Positions 8,750-16,104 of a stretch of 19,837 nucleotides of DNA are shown here, piece by piece; position 1 is the first letter of the stretch, and each line of letters starts with the position of its first letter. The translations under genes and the position numbers were made by a program. The notes below the pieces were generated by a model. That model did no database searches, was not told where the DNA came from, and was given only the letters and a program-made list of their open reading frames with translations. The stretch is from assembly GCA_043827405.1 (NCBI GenBank), contig JBDRPD010000002.1, forward strand, positions 1 through 19,837. The letters run 5' to 3'. This DNA is from Elusimicrobiota bacterium (lineage in GTDB: Bacteria; Elusimicrobiota; Elusimicrobia; UBA1565).

Positions 8750-9851
8750 CGGTTTTCCAGCGGCGGCGCCCGGCCCCGCGAGCGGCCGCAACGGCAAACG
8801 GCAGTTCGCCCAGCACCCGCCCGTCCTCGGTTTCCACCTGGACCCGCCACCGTCCCGGCTGGAACTTCTCTTTATACGCGTAGCCGCGGTAGCCTTCGGC
8901 GCGCCCCCCCCGGATGGGGAGCGGGATGCGGTCGCGGCTGATCCATCCCTGCGCTGAATCGTAGCTCAGCCAATGCAGGGATATTTTGTGGGTAAAGCGC
9001 GTCGGCGCGAAAACACGCACGAAGCAATATATGCGATCGCCCTTACGGGCGTAGAAGGGGCGGTCCTGGCGCCGCAAAAAAGCGTACCAGGGCCCGCGCT
9101 CATAGGTCAGAACATAATCCTTCCCCGCATGCTCAACCTTGTGATATATCCCGGCGAATTTCATCTCCAGCGGCACTGGGGGGATCCAGCGCATAAAATA
9201 GAAGACGGTGATCGCGACTAAGGTGAGCGCCGCAGGGACGGCTAGACGCTGAAAAGTCGCCCGCATTTCATCTTCCCAGCAGGCGAGCAGACCAAGCAGC
9301 AGTCCTACCAGAACGGCGGTCAAAAGAATAGACAGACAGAAAATCGCGTCGCCCATTCGTCCGACGATGACCGGCACGAAGTAGATTTGAAAGGAAGCCA
9401 CACAGAACGTATATAAAGCGAGACGCAGCGAAAGTCCCCAGCGACGGGATTCGGGGAGCTCGTTGTAAACGAGGAGCGCGCCGGCCGCGGCGAAGAAAAG
9501 GAATGTCCGCACGTTTACCCCGCTGCGCGTGTAAAAGATGACATAAGCGCTCAATAGGCCGCCGAAGAGGAAGTGCAGCGCTTCGACATTATAGACCCAG
9601 GCTCGCGCGACATAACCTTGCGGCCGCCACCGGCCCAGCGCCGCACGCTGCTGCAGGAGAATCATCACGGTCAAGACCGCGATATATCCTCCCTGGAGGG
9701 CAAGATCAAGCCAGGCGTCTATCCGGTCCAGCGTGAACGCATCAAAGAAAAAGCCCCCCATAAAGAACAGGACATTTTGGTGATACGCCGCGAGCCGGCG
9801 CAGGATCTTCCATGCACGGCGAACTTCTTTCTTAAATGTCGGCTCGTTCAT
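8739..9851 (-). CDS. DUF2914-like multi-pass membrane protein
   Basis: Start revised to MNEPTFKK (9851). About 8 hydrophobic segments (FFMGGFFFD.FTLDRID), then soluble domain IPPVPL...IYCFVRVFAP...I.GGRAEGYRGY..K...PGRWRVQVET.DGR.LG typical of DUF2914. Confidence 0.8.
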   Translation of the reverse strand: MNEPTFKKEVRRAWKILRRLAAYHQNVLFFMGGFFFDAFTLDRIDAWLDLALQGGYIAVLTVMILLQQRAALGRWRPQGYVARAWVYNVEALHFLFGGLLSAYVIFYTRSGVNVRTFLFFAAAGALLVYNELPESRRWGLSLRLALYTFCVASFQIYFVPVIVGRMGDAIFCLSILLTAVLVGLLLGLLACWEDEMRATFQRLAVPAALTLVAITVFYFMRWIPPVPLEMKFAGIYHKVEHAGKDYVLTYERGPWYAFLRRQDRPFYARKGDRIYCFVRVFAPTRFTHKISLHWLSYDSAQGWISRDRIPLPIRGGRAEGYRGYAYKEKFQPGRWRVQVETEDGRVLGELPFAVAAARGAGRRRWKTVKS

Positions 9852-10428
9852 AAACGCTGATATGCTGGCACATCCACATATAGCCCGGTTTGCTCTGCTT
9901 GAAGTATTCAACGATCGCGCCGGTTTTCGCGCGGTCATAGATCATGCCCGCACGACGCAGCCGTTCGATCCAATACCGCTTGGGCTGCTCATTGACATGG
10001 TGTTTCCCTCCCTGGTTGGGCGGGGCCGCGGCGAATACCAGAGTGCGGCTGAAGCGCGCGAGATTCCCGGTGAAAGGCGCAACGAGATCCGCGGGAATAT
10101 GCTCCGCGACATCGAAACACAGCGTGAAGTCGAATTCGCCCCAATCGTCCGTGACCGGCTCCGTCAGGTCGCGGAGTAAAATTTCGCCCGGGAATGCCTC
10201 CGCCGCCGGAGGCCGCACGCCGTCGACCGCCAGCGCTTCGACGCCGAAACTCCGAAAGAAATGGCTGTAGACGCCGCAGCCGCAGCCCAAATCGATAATA
10301 CGGCGCGGCTTGAAAACATCGTTGATGTGGGCGGCGATCTTCTCCGCTGTTGCGACGTAGAGCGCGTGATGGCGGCCCCACTCAGCGAAGAAGGAACGGT
10401 CGTAGATCTTATCCAGGTCCGGCATCAT
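9832..10428 (-). CDS. Class I SAM-dependent methyltransferase
   Basis: IIDLGCGCG, CFDVAEHI, AAPPNQGGKHHVNEQ...YW. Start placed at MMPDLDKIY (10428 or 10425) because the longer ORF runs across the opposite gene. Confidence 0.85.
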   Translation of the reverse strand: MMPDLDKIYDRSFFAEWGRHHALYVATAEKIAAHINDVFKPRRIIDLGCGCGVYSHFFRSFGVEALAVDGVRPPAAEAFPGEILLRDLTEPVTDDWGEFDFTLCFDVAEHIPADLVAPFTGNLARFSRTLVFAAAPPNQGGKHHVNEQPKRYWIERLRRAGMIYDRAKTGAIVEYFKQSKPGYMWMCQHISVYERADI

Positions 10429-10437
10429 AACACCCAA

Positions 10438-10562
10438 AGGATAGCGAAATAACCCCCGCCATGAAACGAATTTAGGTCCAAAGCCCATTTTATCCTTGGG
10501 TCCATTGTTCGGCTCTTTCGGGACCATATGCTCTATGTCGAAAATGGGGACTTGGGTACAAT
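10438..10562. promoter_or_regulatory. Divergent promoter region with GGWCCA repeats
   Basis: + strand TACAAT at 10557-10562; - strand TATCCT at 10443-10438; GGTCCA/GGTCCA/GGACCA at 10475, 10499, 10521. Confidence 0.5.
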
Positions 10563-10570
10563 GACAGTCG

Positions 10571-12520
10571 ATGACTTCGAGGAGACTCAAGTCAATGCTG
10601 GCCGCAAGCCTGGCTGTCTGCCTGGCGGCGGACGCCGCCGGCCCGGTCTGGGCCGGAGTCGCCCGCATCAGCGTCTCCGTCAAACCGGCCGCTACCGCTC
10701 CATCCGTCGGCGTCCAGCCATATCGCGGAATATCCATATCGCCGTCCCTGCTCAATCCGTTGGGCTCCCGGCCGCTGGGCCTCGGATCATCGCTGGCCCA
10801 AGTCGAAAACCTGCGGGTTTATCCGACCATCGGCGCGGCGGCCGTCAAGACCACGGCCGGCATATCGGTGAGAGCGACGGCCCTCGCCGGCCGCGGGACG
10901 ATAGAGGCGGCGAAGACGCGACAGACGCTTAACCAACGTCTTGGCGGGCTGCTGACGGCCGCCAGAAGCGACGGCGAAAATATCGCGAAGTCTTCCGGCG
11001 GCGGCCTCTACCAAACGGCGCGCTTCGGCTTCGCCCGCCTGCTGAACCGCGGCCTTATCCGCACCGCCGGGGCCTCCGACGTCGCGGTGCCGAAGGGCAA
11101 GCCCCTGGGACGCTTCCGCGCCAACGGCCTGCAGCATACTTACGAAGCCGGCGAAAAACAGGATTTCGCTCCGCCCGAGCCGTTCCAGGAAAATCCGAAG
11201 ACGGTCAGAACCTACCTGCTGGGTACCGGCGTCTTCAAGATCGGAATGGAGGCGCTCAGCCTGTCCGCGCCGCTCATCGCGCTGACCATATTCGGGCAGG
11301 TAAAATTCGCCGCCATCCTGGTGGTGGGCTGGTGGCTGTCCCAGATCATCTTCAGCTCGCTCTCCGGCGGGATTCTTGACCGCCGCTCGCCCAGCAAGGT
11401 CCTCGCTGTCACCATGGGGCTGCAGGCGCTTTCAGTCGCGGCGATCATCGGGCTCTTCGCCGTGGACCAGTTTCTGCCGGGGATGCTGGCCTTCAAGCTG
11501 GTCAGCCCGATCTCACTGCTGGCGCTTTACAGCCTGGCCGGGGGATTTATGGGCATCGCCGATACGGCGCGCCAAGTCATCCCCCCCGACATCATTGGTC
11601 CCCAAGAGCGGCGGCTGAAAATCTTCAACGCCAAAACCCATATCGCCTATGAGCTCGCCGGCGTGACCGGCGCCCTGCTGACGGGCGTGATCATATCGCA
11701 GTTCGGCGTCATTCCCGCGCTGCTGCTGCATCCGCCGGCATACCTGCTTGCCGCTTTCATCTTCTGGCGCATGAAGCTCCGCCCGCAGCGGCTGACTGCC
11801 GCGAAAATGAATGGGGATGTCGTGGACACCGCCCGCAATGCCAGCCTCGCCGGCCAGCGCGGCAATCCGCTCACCCGGGCGATAAGCGACATTAAAGAAG
11901 GGGCGAAGACCGTCCTCTCCAAACCGATTTTCCGCTGGTCGACGTTCGCCCTGGTCCTGCCGTTGGTCACGCACCGGCTGTTGGAGGGTCTGCTTATCCC
12001 GGTAACTGCCAAGACCATTCTGGGCAACGCCGCGGTAGCCGCGTGGATCATCGGAGCATCCAATCTCGGTGAGCTGCTGGGCGCGCTGCTGCTGATTCGG
12101 GCGCTCATGTCGAGCGATCCCGGCGCCGAGAAAAAGCGGTTCCGCTCCTCATTCTGGGTGCGCTTGATGACGATCGGCTCGCTCGGCATCGTCTCCCTGA
12201 CCTTCGCGTCCAGCCTCAACCTATGGATCATCCTCGGAATGATCGCCTTCCGCAGCATGACCTGGGCGACGAGCGAACTCAGCCTGCGCTCCAAGCTGCA
12301 GAACAGCCTGCCCAAGCATCTGCGCGGCCGCGCTTTCGCCTTCATCAGCGCGGTGGCGTTCGCGCTGATCCTGGCGACATCGATGGGAGTGGGCTTCCTG
12401 ATGGATATCGTACCGCAGCTCACGGTGTTCTACGGCGTGGATATTGCTCTCGCCGTGGCGGCCGTTGTCCTCTTCTTCGCCGCTTACCGCCTCAACGACG
12501 CCGAAAAGCCCCAGCCGTAA
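10571..12520 (+). CDS. MFS transporter (DHA3/EntS-like) with signal peptide and long N-terminal extension
   Basis: About 12 hydrophobic helices from ~aa 212 on, motif-A-like SGGILDRRSPSK, central loop ISDIKEGAKTV, LQNSLPKHLRGRAFA; N-terminus MTSRRLKSMLAASLAVCLAADAAGPVWA. Confidence 0.88.
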   Translation: MTSRRLKSMLAASLAVCLAADAAGPVWAGVARISVSVKPAATAPSVGVQPYRGISISPSLLNPLGSRPLGLGSSLAQVENLRVYPTIGAAAVKTTAGISVRATALAGRGTIEAAKTRQTLNQRLGGLLTAARSDGENIAKSSGGGLYQTARFGFARLLNRGLIRTAGASDVAVPKGKPLGRFRANGLQHTYEAGEKQDFAPPEPFQENPKTVRTYLLGTGVFKIGMEALSLSAPLIALTIFGQVKFAAILVVGWWLSQIIFSSLSGGILDRRSPSKVLAVTMGLQALSVAAIIGLFAVDQFLPGMLAFKLVSPISLLALYSLAGGFMGIADTARQVIPPDIIGPQERRLKIFNAKTHIAYELAGVTGALLTGVIISQFGVIPALLLHPPAYLLAAFIFWRMKLRPQRLTAAKMNGDVVDTARNASLAGQRGNPLTRAISDIKEGAKTVLSKPIFRWSTFALVLPLVTHRLLEGLLIPVTAKTILGNAAVAAWIIGASNLGELLGALLLIRALMSSDPGAEKKRFRSSFWVRLMTIGSLGIVSLTFASSLNLWIILGMIAFRSMTWATSELSLRSKLQNSLPKHLRGRAFAFISAVAFALILATSMGVGFLMDIVPQLTVFYGVDIALAVAAVVLFFAAYRLNDAEKPQP

Positions 12521-12529
12521 TCCCCGGCC

Positions 12530-13609
12530 CTAGGTAAAAGACTCAATATGCGCGTGGATGCCCGCGCGGCGGGACAGCCGGTAGGACTGGGCGAACAAGC
12601 GCTCGGCTTCGGCGGTCGAGCCCTGCGCATGCAGGCAGCGAGCCAGCGCCGTGCCGGCCAGCACTTCGCCGCGCGTCTCCGCATGCTTGCGGAAAGCGGC
12701 GAGGGACTTGCGATAAAAGCCGGCGGCCTCGCGGAGCTTGCCGCGCCGCAGATTAACCTCGCCGAGACCCCAGTCGACATAGGCCAGATCGACGGCATCT
12801 CCCAGCTGGGAATAGAGCCGGTGGGACTTGCGGTAATGGATCTCGGCCTGACGCAGGCGTCCCAGCTGGCGCAGGGCGTTGCCGTAGCCGCAGTAGGCAT
12901 AGGCGCGCGCGAAATGGTCGTCGGACGCGTGAAACAGCCGCGCCGCCGCCGCATAGCAGCGCGCCGAGTCCTCCAGACGCCCGCGAATCCGCGTCACGCC
13001 GCCCAGGCCGAAGAGCGCGTACCCCTCGCCGACCCGATCGCGTGCCTGCGCGGCGAGCTTCTTGGAGCGCAGAAAAGACGCTTCCGACGCCGCGAGGTCT
13101 CCGCTGAACCGCTCGGCGCCGCCGATGGCCCACAGCAAAAAGGCGGCCTCGGCAAATGATTTATCCCGCAGCGCGCTCGCCAACATGGGCCGCAGCATCT
13201 TTAGGCTGGGAAGGTAGCGCCCCGCGGCGCGCTCGATAAGGGCCCTTTCCAACGCGAACTGCTTTTTATTATTCGGCAGATTCTCCAGACGGGCCAGCTT
13301 CTCCGCGCCGCGCACGCGGCGATATGCGGCCGCCACGACGCCGATACTGCGCAGCCCCGCCGCCGAGCCCAAGGCGGCTTCGATCCATAGCGGCGCATCC
13401 TCCCGCGCCGTCGATTTGGTCAGAACCTTGCCGTAGAACGTCTCGGCGCGCTCGAAGTAGCCCATCGCCCGCCACGCTTCGGCGGCGAGATAATGGCGCT
13501 CCGCTCGCAGCGCCGCGGGAAGACTGGCGGCGGACGGCAGCTCTTTCAGCGCTTTGGCCGGGCTCTCTTCGAGAAGATCTCTCGCCTGCTCAAGCTTGTC
13601 GATGCTCAT
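12530..13609 (-). CDS. Tetratricopeptide-repeat protein
   Basis: Start revised to ATG 13609 (AGGAGG upstream, ATGA overlap). Helical repeats of ~40 aa: AFLLWAIGG, GYALFGLGG, AYAYCGYGN, AYVDWGLGE. Confidence 0.85.
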   Translation of the reverse strand: MSIDKLEQARDLLEESPAKALKELPSAASLPAALRAERHYLAAEAWRAMGYFERAETFYGKVLTKSTAREDAPLWIEAALGSAAGLRSIGVVAAAYRRVRGAEKLARLENLPNNKKQFALERALIERAAGRYLPSLKMLRPMLASALRDKSFAEAAFLLWAIGGAERFSGDLAASEASFLRSKKLAAQARDRVGEGYALFGLGGVTRIRGRLEDSARCYAAAARLFHASDDHFARAYAYCGYGNALRQLGRLRQAEIHYRKSHRLYSQLGDAVDLAYVDWGLGEVNLRRGKLREAAGFYRKSLAAFRKHAETRGEVLAGTALARCLHAQGSTAEAERLFAQSYRLSRRAGIHAHIESFT

Positions 13610-14325
13610 CTCATCCTCCTGCGTCTCTCCGGACAGCCGCTGCGGACCGGACAACTGCCGCAGCACGGGCGTGTACGGCAAGCACGCTTGCCCAATTCCA
13701 CGAACAAGGCATGAAGCTCCTGATACACCTTGACGGAACGCGGCATGCGCGCGGTCAGAAAGTCCTGGATATCATGGTAGCCCGCCCCGGAGGTGAACCA
13801 GCCCAGACGCATACCGATGCGTTTCGTATACGCGTCCACGACGAAGCTGCGGCGACCGCCGGCGTATAATAGCATTGAATCCGCCGTCTCCGGGCCGACG
13901 CCGTAAATTCCGAGCAGCTCTTCGCGCAGTGCGGGCAAAGGCGTTTCGCGCAGCCGGCGCGACAGGGACGCCCTCCTTGCGAGCGCGTAGCGGGAAAAAT
14001 ATTTCAGCTTTTTCGCCTTCTGCACAAAATAGCCGGTCGAACGGATCAGGCGGCGCAGCCGGGCATCGCGCAGCCGCAGAATCCGCCGCGGCTCGAGCAC
14101 CTTCTCGGTCCGCAGGAGCTCCAGCGCGGTGACGACGTTGCTCCAAGCGGTGTTCTGCGTCATAATGGCGCCGGCGCAAATCTCGAATGCCGCGCGCGGG
14201 CCGGGGAGGTCATAGCGTCCGGGATGATATTTGGGACGGCGATGCCGTGGAGAGGTTACCGGCCACCAGCCGCGGGGGCCGTACGCGGCCAGCAGTTTTC
14301 TATAGACGGTCCGGGGCGCGATCAA
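13606..14325 (-). CDS. Endonuclease III-related HhH-GPD DNA glycosylase with Fe-S motif
   Basis: YGPRGWWP, FEICAGAIMTQNTAWSNV, LIRSTGYF.QKA, HhH LLGIYGVGPETADS, VVDAY, C-terminal CRTRPCCGSCPVRSGC; TTG start overlapping the receiver gene stop. Confidence 0.88.
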   Translation of the reverse strand: MIAPRTVYRKLLAAYGPRGWWPVTSPRHRRPKYHPGRYDLPGPRAAFEICAGAIMTQNTAWSNVVTALELLRTEKVLEPRRILRLRDARLRRLIRSTGYFVQKAKKLKYFSRYALARRASLSRRLRETPLPALREELLGIYGVGPETADSMLLYAGGRRSFVVDAYTKRIGMRLGWFTSGAGYHDIQDFLTARMPRSVKVYQELHALFVELGKRACRTRPCCGSCPVRSGCPERRRRMR

Positions 14326-14690
14326 GCTTTCCTGAGCACCTTGGCGATCTTCTTCATCAGGCGATCGCCGTCGAACGGCTTTACAAGATAGTCGGTGGCG
14401 CCGGAGCTGAAAGCTTTCTCGACATCCGCCATTCGATCCAGCCCGGTTGTCATCAGAATTTTGATATGGCTCGTCTTTTCGTCGCTCCTGAGCTGACGAC
14501 AGACCTCGAAGCCGCTGACCTTGGGGATCATGATATCCAGCAGCACCAAATCCGGCTTGAACGACTGCGCCTTTTTGATGCCGCTGTCGCCGTCGGGGGC
14601 CAACTCGACTTCAAAGCCCTTTGATTTCAGCAGTACTTTCAGATTCTCCGCCAGGGTAAAATCGTCCTCAACGATGAGTATCTTCGTCAT
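14322..14690 (-). CDS. Single-domain response regulator (receiver only)
   Basis: KILIVEDD, PDLVLLDIMIP..SG, LMTT, GATDYLVKPF; 122 aa with no output domain. Confidence 0.93.
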   Translation of the reverse strand: MTKILIVEDDFTLAENLKVLLKSKGFEVELAPDGDSGIKKAQSFKPDLVLLDIMIPKVSGFEVCRQLRSDEKTSHIKILMTTGLDRMADVEKAFSSGATDYLVKPFDGDRLMKKIAKVLRKA

Positions 14691-15475
14691 GTGCCGCCCT
14701 CGCTTATGGGAATCCGGAATTCCACGCGCGTCAGTCCCTCTTCATCGACGGTGAAGCTCATTTTGCCGCCATGCAGCCCGATCAGCGCGTTCGGTAGCCC
14801 CAAGCCGATCCCGACACCGGAAAGGACCTGCGCCGTGGGATTATGCACGGGATAGTAGAGATCCAGCGCCTGCGCGGCCTCCTGCGCGGGCATCGGCTCA
14901 CCACCGAACTCAATCGTCGTGCGCACATTCCGCTCCTGGTCGCACCCACAGCGGACCTTCACCGCTCCTTTGGTGCGGAACTTGCGCGCATGTTCGAGCA
15001 GCCCCGTCATGATCCGCTTCAAGCGGTCCGGATCGCCCGACACTTCCGGCAAGCCTTTTTCGAGATCCACCTGAAGCTCGATGCCGCTGTGCTCCATGGC
15101 GGAGCGCATGCTTGCGCACCGTTCGTCCACCAGTTCGCTCAGCGATAGGGGCTCCAGGTGCAGGGTCAGATCGCGATGAAAATCGAGATGCACGAGGTCG
15201 CGCAGATCGCCGACCAGCGAGGTAAGGCGCATGACCTCCCAGTGGATCATCCTCATCCACGGCTGATGCTCCTTCGTGATCGGGCCGAAAGTGCCTTGGA
15301 CGAAATTCAACACCGTCATATTCAACGCGGTGATCGGGGTATTGATCTCGTGCGCCACGAATGAGAGAAACCGTGCGCGCAGCCGTTCCCGGCGCCGCCG
15401 GGACCAGGCGCATGCGATCCAGCCGACAAAAGCCCCCGCGGCGAATACCGCCGCTCCGCAGGTCCAGCAGCTCAT
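14687..15475 (-). CDS. Membrane-anchored histidine kinase-like protein with degenerate ATPase domain
   Basis: One N-terminal TM, H-box FVAHEINTPIT, GDPDRLKRI, G2-like SGVGIGLGL; N and G1 boxes divergent. Confidence 0.82.
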   Translation of the reverse strand: MSCWTCGAAVFAAGAFVGWIACAWSRRRRERLRARFLSFVAHEINTPITALNMTVLNFVQGTFGPITKEHQPWMRMIHWEVMRLTSLVGDLRDLVHLDFHRDLTLHLEPLSLSELVDERCASMRSAMEHSGIELQVDLEKGLPEVSGDPDRLKRIMTGLLEHARKFRTKGAVKVRCGCDQERNVRTTIEFGGEPMPAQEAAQALDLYYPVHNPTAQVLSGVGIGLGLPNALIGLHGGKMSFTVDEEGLTRVEFRIPISEGGT

Positions 15476-15993
15476 GGGAACACCACCCGGGAGGTCCTGC
15501 GGTGCTGCCGAATATGGCGGCTGTAAGTCGCCTCGATCTCCCTAAGCCGAAGCTTCTCCTTCGCCGAGACCTTGCGAACGATGCGCGCGGGGACGCCGAT
15601 AGCGAGGCTGCCCGCCGGCACCTGGCTGCCCGCCGGCACCAAGGCCCCCGCCGCGACGATAGCCCCCGCCCCGATTCGCGCCTCCATAACCACCGCCCCC
15701 ATCCCGATCAGAGCGCCGTCGCCGATACGGGCTCCGTGCAATACCGCGCGATGACCGACGGTCACCCGCCGGCCGATAATCGTCGGGAAACCGCGGCTGG
15801 TATGGATCGCGGTCAAATCCTGGATATTCGAGCGCTCGCCGACAACGATCCGTTCCAGATCTCCGCGCAGTACGCACATCGGCCATACTGAAGCCTGCGC
15901 CTTTATGTCTACCCGGCCGATCACTTCCGCCGAGTCATGCACAAAGGCGTCCGGGTGGATTCTCGGCTCGTCGCTGTCGATTGTTCTTATCAC
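15472..15993 (-). CDS. Gamma-carbonic anhydrase family (YrdA/PaaY-like) hexapeptide-repeat protein
   Basis: VLRGD, SNIQD..AIH, VTVGH.AVLHG, LIGMGA, G.PA; three Zn-ligand His retained; GTG start. Confidence 0.92.
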   Translation of the reverse strand: MIRTIDSDEPRIHPDAFVHDSAEVIGRVDIKAQASVWPMCVLRGDLERIVVGERSNIQDLTAIHTSRGFPTIIGRRVTVGHRAVLHGARIGDGALIGMGAVVMEARIGAGAIVAAGALVPAGSQVPAGSLAIGVPARIVRKVSAKEKLRLREIEATYSRHIRQHRRTSRVVFP

Positions 15994-16043
15994 GTGTATG
16001 GCTCGATGATCGTGAAATCTTGTATTATGCTGATCTAGGGATT

Positions 16044-16072
16044 TTTATACCATTCCCCGTCGGACGCGTCAA
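16044..16072 (-). promoter_or_regulatory. Sigma70-type promoter for the five-gene minus-strand operon
   Basis: On - strand TTGACG (16072-16067), 17 bp, TATAAA (16049-16044), with TG at the extended -10 position. Confidence 0.8.
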
Positions 16073-16083
16073 TCGGCAACGGC

Positions 16084-16099
16084 GTCAGACTGACACAAT
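16084..16099 (+). promoter_or_regulatory. Candidate nadB extended -10 (TGaCACAAT) overlapped by palindrome GTCAG-A-CTGAC
   Basis: Perfect 5-1-5 inverted repeat at 16084-16094; TG-n-CACAAT at 16091-16099, 5 nt before the ATG. Confidence 0.45.
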
Positions 16100-16104
16100 G
16101 AACA

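Noticed and set aside
10429..10755. N-terminal extension of the methyltransferase ORF
   Set aside because: Crosses the divergent promoter and the MFS gene start; protein-like sequence begins at MMPDLDKIY.
12521..12529. Terminator between convergent MFS and TPR genes
   Set aside because: Only 9 bp between stop codons; no hairpin with U-tract.
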